Of a stretch of DNA of 64,000 nt, positions 38,955 to 49,457 are shown piece by piece. Numbering within the stretch: the first letter of the stretch is position 1; each line of letters starts with the position of its first letter. The translations under genes and the position numbers were made by a program. Source of the stretch: an uncultured delta proteobacterium. GTDB lineage: Bacteria; Desulfobacterota; Desulfomonilia; UBA1062. The stretch is taken from contig CAWAUM010000013.1 of NCBI GenBank assembly GCA_963785235.1, forward strand, positions 32,001 through 96,000. The letters are read 5' to 3'. The notes below the pieces were generated by a model that was not told where the DNA came from, did not search any database, and worked only from the letters and a program-made list of their open reading frames with translations.

Positions 38955-39614
38955 ATGAAGAAAAGTATAGTGTGGGCCGGGTGTTATATGCTGATATTAG
39001 CCGGCCTTTTAGCTTGCGGGACAAACAAGGGAGGTGTCGATGAAGACACGGGCAAAGTTAATCCACCTAATAACGTGCAAACATACGAGGTGACCTCATT
39101 TGATACTTGGACCATGACATCGACAGAAGGTGATAGTGCTTCACTTATGTTTTCTCATACCAGTGAAGTATTATCGTGGGCTGATTATGTTTATAATTCA
39201 GGCAGCATTGATATGACCATGTTGATATGGGCGAGAGTACTCCTGCAGTATCCTATTACAGAAGATGACACCTGGTTCGAGTCTGGAGGTTCCAACAACT
39301 TCACTCTCGACTCCACGATCGTGGTCGAAGATACCGATGCGCAGGTGGAAGTGCAGGCCGGTACGTTTACCTCCTGTGTGGTGACATCAGAGACCACCAG
39401 TGTCGATCCGGCATACAACAACGGCAAATATATTGAAGTACGAAAAAGATATTTCGCACCTGCCGTGGGGTTGGTAAGAGTAGAGGATACGTGGCATACA
39501 GGAGAAGTTACAACGGGTGAATTGATTGATTTTGAGGTTCATGATCCTGATCCGGATGATTATTTCCCCCTTGCGATAGGCGACTGGTGGAAATTCGAGT
39601 GGACGTCAAATTAG
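38955..39614 (+). CDS. Lipoprotein with PAGTF/FAPGVG-type beta domain
   Basis: MKKSIVW start after GGAG; lipobox LLAC; VQAGTF, YFAPAVGLVR, YFPLAIGDWW. Confidence 0.75.
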   Translation: MKKSIVWAGCYMLILAGLLACGTNKGGVDEDTGKVNPPNNVQTYEVTSFDTWTMTSTEGDSASLMFSHTSEVLSWADYVYNSGSIDMTMLIWARVLLQYPITEDDTWFESGGSNNFTLDSTIVVEDTDAQVEVQAGTFTSCVVTSETTSVDPAYNNGKYIEVRKRYFAPAVGLVRVEDTWHTGEVTTGELIDFEVHDPDPDDYFPLAIGDWWKFEWTSN

Positions 39615-39843
39615 GAAGACTTACCTCTTTATGATAAAACCTTATCACTGAACATCCAGATATCAACAACTTCAAAAAATCAGAGCATCCTTCAATACAC
39701 GAAACCCTTATTCAACAGATTCCAATAAAATCATTACTTTCATTGGCCCCGAGAAACTGAATAGTTCGTGATAATCAGCGCTCTCAGCTTGTTTCCTGAA
39801 TACCTTAGATTCAAATCCAAGATGTTCAGACTTCTTCAAGGCC

Positions 39844-42100
39844 TCATTCCCCAAATGGAAATATGTGCTTAAGGGCCTTCCATAAACCGGGCATACCTTC
39901 CTCTGAGGCCTCTTTCGGCTCGGTACCTTTCATATAAGGCAGCGTGACCGGGGAGTCTGTCCAGCTTGTGGCTCGTTTGCCGTTTATGGAATCAATAGCG
40001 CATAAGGTCACATCATCGGGTACGTCCCATGGTTTGGGCACGGCAAGTCGGGCAACAATCCTGGCGGCAAAAGGCATGGCCCCTGTTGCACCCGTATAGC
40101 CGATAGCCCTGAAGGCATCATCCCCGAGCCAGGTAATGACCACCATGTCTTTCGTATAGGCGGCAAACCATGAATCTCTCATCTCATTGGTGGTTCCTGT
40201 CTTGGCGCACATCCCGTCAGGCATACCAAAAGTCTTGGCCGACTTTGCCGTACCACTGCGGATTGTCTCCTGAAGTGCTGTGTTGATAAGATATGTGGGC
40301 CCGGGGTCGAGAACCCTCTGGGGTTGCTTGTGAGCTGACCGCCAGAACACGGCCCCATGTTCGTCTACAATAGCCTCCAGACTCCATGACTCAACCCTTA
40401 AACCCCCGGTGGCAAAGACCGAATACATACCTGCAACATCAAGGGGCGAACAATCAATGGCTCCAAGCAACAGTGCCGGCTGCTTGAGCACGGTTGAACG
40501 CGGAAGCACATTCTTCACCTCAGGAACAATGCTCTCAAGTCCCACAGCGAGCCCGAGCCGGACAGTAGCCAGATTGTAGGACTGGGCCAGGGCATTCAAG
40601 AGCAAGATGTTGCCGTGACTTACCTTGTCAAAATTCATTGGCGCCCAGATGTTCATTATCTCGAGCTTTATTGTCAGGGGGCTGTCATCCAGGATGCTCG
40701 ACAGTGAGTAGCCGCCCTTGAGGGCAGAGTAATAGATAATGGGTTTAATGAGAGATCCGATACTTCGTCTGATGGAGGTGACCCTGTTGAACTGGGATGT
40801 TCCATAGTCCCTGCCGCCCACCATGGCCTTTATTGCGCCGGTTGCAGGATTGACAATGACCGAGGCAACCTGGATGTTCTTTGCAAGTGATGCTGTTCCA
40901 CTTTCCAAGACGTCTTCCATGATCCTTTGCATATTCATGTCAAGGGTCGTGAAGATACGTAATCCGCCTTTTGTGAGAAATTCCTCTTCAGGATAGAGCG
41001 CCCGGGCCGAAGACAGGACATGATCGATAAAGAACGGGGCCTGCCTTGCAGGTTTGATGAAGGAGACTACGCTTAAGGGTTTGTGCACTGCCTGGTCGTA
41101 TTGGGCTGATGTGATCTTGCCTTGCTCTCTCATAACGGCCAGGACCGTATTTCTCCTCGCCATCGCCATCTTCGGATGCGTATATGGGGAGTAGATGTTC
41201 GGCGCACGAATGAGGCCCACGAGCAAGGCTGATTCATGCAGGGCAAGATCAGTGAGATCCTTATCGAAGAAGAGCTTTGAGGCCCTGCCGAACCCATAGA
41301 TGCCTGCAGGACCGAAGCGCCCAAGGTAGATCTCGTTCATGTACATGGTGAGGATCTCATCCTTGGTAAAGACAATCTCCATGATGGAAGACAGCCATAT
41401 CTCCTTGAGCTTCCGGCTCAATGTCCTCTCATGCGTAAGGAACAGGTTCTTCACGAGCTGCTGGGTTATGGTGGAGCCGCCCTCAACCACCTGGGCGTGG
41501 AACACATCCGCAAGCAGCGCCCTTAACATGGACCTTATATCGATGCCTGAGTGTTCGTAAAACCTTCTGTCTTCAACGCACAAGAGGGCATTAATCAATT
41601 GCTCCGGGCAATCCTACGTTTGATGAGCTCTCTGTCCTCAAACCCGGCATCGTAAACGGTTGCAATGCATTCAGGCTCCACACCGGGCCGATGCAATTTC
41701 CTGGCGGTTTTTTTCAGAGATGATCGTCTTTATCTGATTTCCATCCAGGAACACCCTTACCTTTCGAGCCTACCTGGACACCATCCGGATATTCGAATGG
41801 ATGGAGATAGATGATGATGCCATCTTTGAATAGATGATACTGGCCCGGCGATGCCACGGTGGAAGAACTGCGGTATCCCAGATGTGCAAGCCTGGATATC
41901 AGGCCCGTTCGTCTGATGTCCAGCCCTGGGGCAAGATCAAAGGGAGCGCTGTAGATCCTGGTGGGCAGATGCCAAAGGGACCCGGTGTTGATCTTCATCA
42001 TCTCCCGATAGACGTTGACCGTTACTACTGCCCCATAAAGAATACAGAAAAATCCCAGTGCAAGGATTATCGACAGGGCAATTTTTTTTGTGCGTTTCAC
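39844..42100 (-). CDS. mrcB: Class A penicillin-binding protein PBP1B-like (frameshifts ~41600-41730)
   Basis: N-terminal TM and UB2H-like segment; EDRRFYEH, GGSTITQQL; SLIK, SYN and KTG motifs. Confidence 0.85.
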
Positions 42101-42209
42101 AGCCTAACTTCTATAGGCTCAGCGCTATTATGGTGTCAATGCTGCGGGATGAAGGCGAGAAAACCTAGCACACCTATAAATGGCCTTGGTTAAGCTCGGA
42201 AAAACCTGA

Positions 42210-42258
42210 CCTGTTGAAAGTATGCATCCAGCAAAGCTGAATGCATACTTTCAACAGG
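42210..42258. repeat. Long inverted repeat (terminator or IS-end-derived miniature element)
   Basis: CCTGTTGAAAGTATGCAT...ATGCATACTTTCAACAGG, perfect 18-bp stem. Confidence 0.7.
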
Positions 42259-42308
42259 CTAATTTTTTTGCTTAGGGAAATTCAAAAGGTGATCTGATCA
42301 AACAACCT

Positions 42309-43136
42309 TTATGACTGCCTTTTCCTTAAGACCTCGCGCTGTCTTCTGAAGAGATAGCGTATGATATCCTCTTTTGTATCACCATCAACCTGGAGATATT
42401 TCACCGCCACGGCATAACGTCTGGCCTGTGTACTTGTGAGCCCTTTGACCCGGATAACCTCGCCTGCAAACCTGACAAAAAGGAGCGGAACCAGGGGCAG
42501 GATGAGATGGATCTCCACCAGATCACCAATCTCATATGCCTGCTCTGACAAAAACCGGATGCCGGTGGCCGAGATGTTGACATCCTTGAGCGTACTGTTC
42601 ATGAGTGATCGGAATTCTTCTGCAAGGAACATATGGATTAAAAGATCCAGTTTCCGGTTGATCTCCCAGAGATTCTGGTTCACCTGTGTCTCTTTCTGAT
42701 AGGCTGATTCATCAGCGCCAGGGTATCCGTATTTACCTTTGAGAAACGAATCTATGATGAGCTTGTTTGCATGAATGCGCTCCAGCGCAACAGGCAACAG
42801 GCGTGTCTTTTCGCTTGCATGGCATATCAAGCCCACGTGATGGTAAACCTTGTCATAAATCCTTACATCCTGGCGTCTTTCATGCCCCGGGGATAAATAG
42901 CATTCGATAGAGAGCCTGAAGCCTTTTCCTGTCCGCTCAATGATCTTGGCAAGCACGGAGTCGTTACCATCCGTCACCTTTAAGATCTCACCCAAGGCTA
43001 CTTCAATGCCTGATTCGGGCATAAAGATGAATATATCCTCTTCATTAAATTCAGTTACCGTGCCCTTTACCTTTTTCCCGTCAGGACCGGAGGCATAAAG
43101 CACTGTGCCCAGATCAAGCAGACTGTCAATATTCAT
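42309..43136 (-). CDS. PilZ domain protein
   Basis: ERRQDVR and NISATG motifs. Confidence 0.8.
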   Translation of the reverse strand: MNIDSLLDLGTVLYASGPDGKKVKGTVTEFNEEDIFIFMPESGIEVALGEILKVTDGNDSVLAKIIERTGKGFRLSIECYLSPGHERRQDVRIYDKVYHHVGLICHASEKTRLLPVALERIHANKLIIDSFLKGKYGYPGADESAYQKETQVNQNLWEINRKLDLLIHMFLAEEFRSLMNSTLKDVNISATGIRFLSEQAYEIGDLVEIHLILPLVPLLFVRFAGEVIRVKGLTSTQARRYAVAVKYLQVDGDTKEDIIRYLFRRQREVLRKRQS

Positions 43137-43155
43137 TCCATTATCCTAATAAATT

Positions 43156-44136
43156 TTAGATGTCCTTATAGATTTCTACGCGGTTTCGGCCTTTGCCTTT
43201 TGCCAGATAGAGCCCTGTGTCTACCTGTTTTACAAGATCCGTATGCGTTCGTCCATCCTGATATTGGCCGATACCGATACTGATGGTAATGGCAAGATCA
43301 CCCTGGAATCTCATCTTCTCAACTACGGCACGCAATCTCTCAGCCAGAAGAGATGCCTTATAGATCCCGGTCTGGGGAAGTAAAATCATGAATTCCTCGC
43401 CCCCATAGCGAAATACCATGTCGCTCTTGCGAAGCCTGCTCTGAAACTTGTTTGCAATAGAACTCAGAACCATGTCACCTACCTGATGACCATGCTCATC
43501 GTTAACTCTCTTGAAATGGTCGATATCAATCATCATGAGCGAGAAGGTTGTCTTATAGCGCCTTGCGCGCTCCCACTCCGCTATGAGGGTCTCGGAGAAG
43601 GCCCGGTAATTGAGCAGTCCGGTGAGCCCGTCCCTGAACGCCATATTCATGAGGAGTTCATTGTCCATCAATTTGGCAATGGCGGGCGTCAAATAATTGG
43701 CCCAATCCCTGAAAATGGCCTCATGAACACCGGGATTAATTGAGAGGATCACCTGCATATATGAACTGCTTACAAGAGAGATATCGATCCTGGATGGGCT
43801 GTATGGGGCCTGTCCGCCGGCCAGCACCCGTGTATAGGCAAACCGTTCGGACTTAAGAACCCTCATGGCATCATAATCCCCCCCATCTTTGCCTTCAAGC
43901 ACCGAGTAAGCCCTCAACTCCAAGCCTTTTGTGCTTGTATAGAGTGCAGGAGAAGCCAAGGGAAAGGTCTGGCCCATGAGTGATGCCAGTTCGGTAAAGG
44001 CGCTATGGGAATTATGGCTCATCAAGATGCTCATGATGCTCTCGGTGAACAACCCTAACGGCCTGTTACGGCTCTGATCGAGGGATATTGTCTTTCTTTT
44101 CATGGATGATTCTCTGGCTTCTCGTACGATCATCAT
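43156..44136 (-). CDS. Diguanylate cyclase
   Basis: DGLTGLLN, DIDHFK, RKSD I-site, YGGEEF. Confidence 0.9.
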   Translation of the reverse strand: MMIVREARESSMKRKTISLDQSRNRPLGLFTESIMSILMSHNSHSAFTELASLMGQTFPLASPALYTSTKGLELRAYSVLEGKDGGDYDAMRVLKSERFAYTRVLAGGQAPYSPSRIDISLVSSSYMQVILSINPGVHEAIFRDWANYLTPAIAKLMDNELLMNMAFRDGLTGLLNYRAFSETLIAEWERARRYKTTFSLMMIDIDHFKRVNDEHGHQVGDMVLSSIANKFQSRLRKSDMVFRYGGEEFMILLPQTGIYKASLLAERLRAVVEKMRFQGDLAITISIGIGQYQDGRTHTDLVKQVDTGLYLAKGKGRNRVEIYKDI

Positions 44137-44178
44137 ATCTCCCCTTATTGTTTGATCGTGTATAACACCATGGCATTA

Positions 44179-44194
44179 TGCAAAGTATGTGCCT
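44179..44194 (-). promoter_or_regulatory. Putative sigma54 promoter of the DGC-PilZ pair
   Basis: AGGCACATACTTTGCA (GG-N10-GC). Confidence 0.6.
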
Positions 44195-44515
44195 TGATTA
44201 ATCCCCGACCTTGATATATAGTGTCCTGGCATTGTGCATGCCAGCCACGAAGTGGAGATTCATGCAGCACAAACAAGGGAAACAGAGAGGACCAGCTCAC
44301 TTAGGAACCGCAACACATGGAAAATGGCCAAGATACTACCAGAGTGTTACACAGGAACTTTACTATTCGATTCTTTTCAAATCAATTCAACAGGGGTCAT
44401 GGTCGCAGCCATACCAGTGCCTCGCCCCTCATCGTCACAGGCAAATTGCGCCAGGAAATACCGGAAAAGATGTCAGAAACCTGACATAAAGACATATGAA
44501 GGCAGCAGGGAAACT

Positions 44516-45076
44516 ATGAAGAATGACAATATCGATATCAGGTGGCATGGTCGCGGCGGACAAGGCGCCATTACTGCGGCAAAGATCGTTGCCAAGGCCA
44601 TGTTTTCCTCGGGCTATGCGGGTGTGGTCATGGTGCCGACCTTCGGGACAGAGAGGAGGGGTGCTCCGGTATTCACCTCGCTTAAAATATCCAGAGAAAA
44701 GATCTATGACCTCTCCCCCATTGAAAAACCAGACATCATTGTAGTGCTCGACCACGTTTTACTCGAAGAGCAAAATATCACAAGCGGGCTTAAGGATGAC
44801 GGCCTCATTGTCGTCAATTCACCCTGCAGCATCGATGACTACCGGTTTGATGGCAGGAAGGTGGCTATCTGCGATGTGAGCTCGCTCTCAATAAAGGCAG
44901 GGCTCCCTGAGGGCATGGTGAATTCCGGCATCATAGGTGCATTTGCCTTTGCCAGCTCTATCATCGGCATGGATGCACTTGTAGAGGCCATCAAGGAAGA
45001 ATTCTCGGATCGCAGACCGGATAAAAATGCCCAGGCAGCCATGCTGGCATATGAAAACACGATTATCGGAGGGTGA
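44516..45076 (+). CDS. porC: 2-oxoacid:ferredoxin oxidoreductase gamma subunit
   Basis: IRWHGRGGQGA, FGTERRGAPV; likely start MKNDN. Confidence 0.9.
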   Translation: MKNDNIDIRWHGRGGQGAITAAKIVAKAMFSSGYAGVVMVPTFGTERRGAPVFTSLKISREKIYDLSPIEKPDIIVVLDHVLLEEQNITSGLKDDGLIVVNSPCSIDDYRFDGRKVAICDVSSLSIKAGLPEGMVNSGIIGAFAFASSIIGMDALVEAIKEEFSDRRPDKNAQAAMLAYENTIIGG

Positions 45077-45079
45077 AAG

Positions 45080-45394
45080 GTGGGTACACGCCAATACGGC
45101 CACAAGACATCGCATAGTGAACCAGGCCCGGGTGATGGCGGCAGGACCGGCTCATGGAGGGTAGCACGCCCTATCATGGATGCAAGCACCTGCATCCCGG
45201 CAAAACGGGGCACGGCATCCTGCTTCATCTGCTGGCTCTACTGCCCGGACGGGGTTATCACCAGGACCGTACCCCCGACAATCGACTATGAATACTGCAA
45301 GGGCTGCGGGATCTGCGCAGAGGAATGTCCCACCAAGGCCATCACCATGGTGGAAGAGTCGTGTTTCATACAGACAGAAGAGAGGAAGCGGTAG
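45080..45394 (+). CDS. porD: 2-oxoacid:ferredoxin oxidoreductase delta subunit
   Basis: TGSWRVARP, CWLYCPD, YCKGCGICAEECP. Confidence 0.9.
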   Translation: MGTRQYGHKTSHSEPGPGDGGRTGSWRVARPIMDASTCIPAKRGTASCFICWLYCPDGVITRTVPPTIDYEYCKGCGICAEECPTKAITMVEESCFIQTEERKR

Positions 45395-45395
45395 A

Positions 45396-46601
45396 ATGCA
45401 CATCATCGAATCCGGCAATGTCGCTGCCGCGCTGGGAGTAAAGCTCTCGCGGGCACAGGTCATTGCAGCATACCCCATAACCCCCCAGACCCCGCTCACC
45501 GAGAAACTCTCGGAGTTCATCGAGTCCGGCCAGATGGATGCCCAGTATGTCCCTGTGGAGAGCGAGCACAGCGCCCTTGCGGTCTGCATAGCCGCTTCAT
45601 CCACCGGAGCCAGGGCCTTCACCGCCACCAGCGCCAACGGGCTGCTCTATATGCACGAGCAGATCCACTGGGCAGCAGGCGCCAGGCTGCCCCTGGTCAT
45701 GTGCGTGGTGAACAGGGGGGTCGGCGCGCCATGGACCATCTGGAACGACCACCAGGATTCCATCTCCCAGCGTGACACAGGGTGGATACAGATTTATGTC
45801 AATGACCACCAGCAGATCATAGACGGCGTCATCAAGGCCTTCATGCTCGCCGAGGAGGTCATGATCCCTGTCATGCTCTGCTATGACGGCTATCTGCTCT
45901 CCCATACCTATATGCCCTTCGAAGTACCGGGCCAGGAGCTCTCGGATGCATTTCTGCCTCCCTATAAACCGCCCTACGCGCTGGACCCTGCAAATCCGGC
46001 CAACTTGAATACCGTTACGTTACCCGATGTGAGGGTTGATGCGAAAGGCCGTACCGCCCACGGTTACATGGAGATCAGGTCCCTCCTCCAGGAAGATATG
46101 CAAGACGCAATCAATGTGATGAGCCGCGTGGAGGAGCGTTTCAAGGAACACTTCGGCCGGGGCGGCAACCCACATTATGAGACATATAAGTGCGAGGATG
46201 CAAGGTTCATCGCCGTAAGCCTGGGATCGCTCTCATATCACCTGCGCGAGGTTATTGACAGGCTAAGGGATGACGGCATCAAGGCCGGGATCATGAGCAT
46301 TCACCTCTACCGGCCTTTTCCGGCCCAGGTTATTGCACAAGGGCTTGCAGGCGCCGAAGGGGTGGTTGTCTTCGAAAAGGCACTCAGCTATGGATATGAA
46401 GGCGCTCTGTGCTCTGATGTAAAAGCGGCCCTGTACACCTTTAACGGATCCCAAAAGAAGAGGCCCTTTGTACATAATTATATCCTTGGCCTCGGCGGCA
46501 GGGAGATAAAGACCACTGACCTCTATGAAGCCTTCAAAGACTCCTGCCTCAACAAAGGCAAGGCAGGCGCCGGCCTTAAGTGGATCGGGTTGAAGATCTA
46601 A
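45396..46601 (+). CDS. porA: 2-oxoacid:ferredoxin oxidoreductase alpha subunit
   Basis: AYPITPQT, VESEHSA, GLGGRE. Confidence 0.9.
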   Translation: MHIIESGNVAAALGVKLSRAQVIAAYPITPQTPLTEKLSEFIESGQMDAQYVPVESEHSALAVCIAASSTGARAFTATSANGLLYMHEQIHWAAGARLPLVMCVVNRGVGAPWTIWNDHQDSISQRDTGWIQIYVNDHQQIIDGVIKAFMLAEEVMIPVMLCYDGYLLSHTYMPFEVPGQELSDAFLPPYKPPYALDPANPANLNTVTLPDVRVDAKGRTAHGYMEIRSLLQEDMQDAINVMSRVEERFKEHFGRGGNPHYETYKCEDARFIAVSLGSLSYHLREVIDRLRDDGIKAGIMSIHLYRPFPAQVIAQGLAGAEGVVVFEKALSYGYEGALCSDVKAALYTFNGSQKKRPFVHNYILGLGGREIKTTDLYEAFKDSCLNKGKAGAGLKWIGLKI

Positions 46602-46614
46602 GGAGAACAATGCC

Positions 46615-47530
46615 ATGCATATGAAGACCACCATCCTGAGCCTGCCTGAAGAGGAATTCGTACACCCCGGCAACAGGGCCTGTGCAGGCTGCGGCCTGGG
46701 CATCGCATACAGGATCGCGCTGAAGGCACTTGGCAATAACACCATCCTCGTTGTGCCTCCGAGCTGCCTTACGGTTCTTCAGGGGCTCTATCCGGTGGCA
46801 GCCACTAAACTCCCCTGCCTGAATGTCACCTTTGCCTCGACTGCCGCGGCATCCACAGGGATGGTTGCCGCACTCAAGGCGCTCAAGAAGGACATCAAGG
46901 TCGTGGCATGGGCCGGAGACGGCGGCACGGCCGACATCGGGCTCCAGGCACTCTCAGGAGCAGCCGAGCGCGGAGACAACTTCCTGTTCATCTGCTACGA
47001 CAACGAGGGCTATATGAACACCGGTGTTCAGCGCTCGGGAACCACGCCCCAGTGGGCCATCACATCAAACACCCCCATCAAGGGAAAGATACAGCAGAAA
47101 AAGGATGTCCCTTCCATTATGGCGGCGCATCATCTCTCCTATGTAGCCACCTGCTCCGCATCCTACCCCCTGGACCTCTATGACAAGGTCAAAAAGGCCG
47201 TGACGTTCCCCGGTCTTAAATACATCCATATCCAGATCCCCTGCCCTCCCGGGCTGGGGTTTCGAGGCCCGGTATGCCGTGAAGCTGGGCAAGCTTGCGG
47301 TTGAGACGGGGCTGTTCGAACTTTACGAGGTGGAGCAGGATATACAACGGCTTACCGGTGCATCCAGGAAGATCGCAGACAAACGTGCCCTTGTGCCTGT
47401 AGCAGAATTTTTCAAGGCACAGAGCCGGTTCAGGCTGATGGACTCATCCCGGATCGAAACTATCCAGGAGCAGATCAACAGGAAATGGGCCGGCGCCTTC
47501 GAGATCGCAGGCGATACGGACGAACCCTAG
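46615..47530 (+). CDS. porB: 2-oxoacid:ferredoxin oxidoreductase beta subunit (frameshift ~47250)
   Basis: ACAGCG, GDGGTADIG, YDNEGYMNTG, PCPPG. Confidence 0.9.
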
Positions 47531-48507
47531 CGCAGCGCAAGCTCCAGGTGCTCCCTGTCTAGATTGCCGCCCGACATGATGAGCGCCACCTTCTTGCCCT
47601 TGAGCTTTTCCTTTATCTTTATCGCAGCAATGAGTGAGGCCGCACCGGCGCCCTCGGCGAGGTTGTGCGTGGTGGTGAGAGCCAGGCGGATTCCCTCGAG
47701 AATCTCATCTTCGCTCAAGAGGACAACCTCTTTGATATGGTCCTTCATTATGACATAGGGGAGCTGGAATACACTCCTGGCCGCCAGACCGTCCGCTATG
47801 GTCTCCGCTTCATCCAGTACAACCCACTCGCCTTTTTGGAGAGAGTTATAGAAGGCAGCGGCCTTGGCTGCCTGTACACCTATAATCTCTACTGCCGGAT
47901 TGATGGCCTGTGCAACCCGGAGCAAAGAGGCGCATCCCCCGCCTCCTCCGATGGGGCAGATGATCACGTCCACGTCCGGCAGGTCTTCGAAGATCTCAAG
48001 GCCCATGGTGCCGATTCCATTGAGCATCGCAGGTTCATTTCCCTGTTCAACATAATAGTAGCCGGCAGCCGCAACCAGCTCATCACAATAGAACTGGGCA
48101 TCATAGAAATCATGGCCATGCACGATAAGTTCCGCCCCAAAGCTCTCAATAATACGATTGATCTCGGGGTTGTTGTTCTCCGGGACCACAACGGTGCATG
48201 GCGTGTGAAACCACTGGCCGGCCCATGCCATGGCAAGACCGTGGTTGCCTCTTGTGGAGACGAGCACGCCATTTGCCACATCCTCCTTGGGGATTGTCTG
48301 GAAGAAGTTCAAGGCCCCGCGGATCTTGAAGGAGCCTGTGGGCAGGTGGTTTTCATGCTTCACAAAGGCATCGCACCCGATGATCCTGCTGAGCTCCGAG
48401 TAATAAATGAGGTTCGTCCGGTGAATATAGGTTTTGATGGCTGTCTTTGCCTTCAGTATATCCTTGATTGTTACATGAGAGCTCAGTCGTTCGTACTTTT
48501 TCAGCAT
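47527..48507 (-). CDS. PLP-dependent threonine/serine dehydratase family protein
   Basis: PTGSFKIRGA, GNHG, PIGGGG, SGGN. Confidence 0.9.
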   Translation of the reverse strand: MLKKYERLSSHVTIKDILKAKTAIKTYIHRTNLIYYSELSRIIGCDAFVKHENHLPTGSFKIRGALNFFQTIPKEDVANGVLVSTRGNHGLAMAWAGQWFHTPCTVVVPENNNPEINRIIESFGAELIVHGHDFYDAQFYCDELVAAAGYYYVEQGNEPAMLNGIGTMGLEIFEDLPDVDVIICPIGGGGGCASLLRVAQAINPAVEIIGVQAAKAAAFYNSLQKGEWVVLDEAETIADGLAARSVFQLPYVIMKDHIKEVVLLSEDEILEGIRLALTTTHNLAEGAGAASLIAAIKIKEKLKGKKVALIMSGGNLDREHLELALR

Positions 48508-48530
48508 AGCACCACCCGCATTATTTCGGA

Positions 48531-49184
48531 TTAAAATTTGTATCCCGGTTTCTTGGGACGTGCCCTTACCATCTGGACAAACAGGCCTATCACGATGCCG
48601 AGGAAAATGAATATCCCTCCGATGAAGGTAAAGATCAATTTCTCTGATGTCTTTAACCTGGTATTCTCTGCATCAATGACACTTAGCTTCTTTGAGCATT
48701 CCCTTGAATCCTGCACCAGCTTGTCATAATCCCGTTTAAGACTGGGGCAGTCGGCGAATGCAACCTCCGGGGGGACTACTATGCCCTGCGTCCTGTCGTT
48801 AGGAGAAGCAGCACCGCCTGTTGTGTGGCTTGCGATCAGGCCGCGTAACCGCATGTTCTCGATCTGCAACGCACTGAACTTATCCTCCAGCTGTTTCACA
48901 TGGAGGGTTTTCGGTGGCTGAGCACTCAGGAAGCGCCCGGCGACCCACCCCTCTTTCCCGTCCTTGGTCTGGATCCGTATCCACCCCTTCCCTTCCTCAA
49001 GGACTTCCACATATTCATTGGTGCTTGCCGTGCCCATGGCTGAAGATGTTTCATCAGGGGCGGACCGGAGCGTAATAACGATCCAGTCCCTCACGTACAT
49101 GCTCTTTGCATACAGACAGACCGGGATAGAAAAGGCTACAAACGCGCAGATAAGAACTACGGAACCTACAACTCCTCTACTCAT
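48531..49184 (-). CDS. SH3 domain protein (TIGR04211/YgiM-like)
   Basis: Signal peptide, LRSAP...EGWV SH3b domain, coiled coil, C-terminal TM. Confidence 0.8.
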   Translation of the reverse strand: MSRGVVGSVVLICAFVAFSIPVCLYAKSMYVRDWIVITLRSAPDETSSAMGTASTNEYVEVLEEGKGWIRIQTKDGKEGWVAGRFLSAQPPKTLHVKQLEDKFSALQIENMRLRGLIASHTTGGAASPNDRTQGIVVPPEVAFADCPSLKRDYDKLVQDSRECSKKLSVIDAENTRLKTSEKLIFTFIGGIFIFLGIVIGLFVQMVRARPKKPGYKF

Positions 49185-49457
49185 TGCAGAACCTCATATA
49201 CACACTCTATAATCAGTGTGATCATAGAGTATCGTATAACTTGACCCCATGCAATACTTTCCATGTATATTTCTTTACCCCTTTCGTTTTCTTCTTTGAA
49301 ATATAAATGAATTTTAAATGTACAATAATCAATAGGCTTAGGGTAATTGCAAAAATCACACTATCAGTATGACCCCATCCGGAACTTCGATGGAGAGGCA
49401 CATGTAATCCAGACTTATCATCATCTGACAATGCAAGTGATCATGGGTCTGCTCATG

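Noticed and set aside
39700-39790. Further copy of the dispersed repeat
   Set aside because: Only short GATTT..AATC and GATAATCAGCG matches; too weak to call by eye.
44234-44515. N-terminal extension of porC (likewise 45180-45395 for porA)
   Set aside because: Family similarity starts at the later ATGs, and the porA extension overlaps porD.
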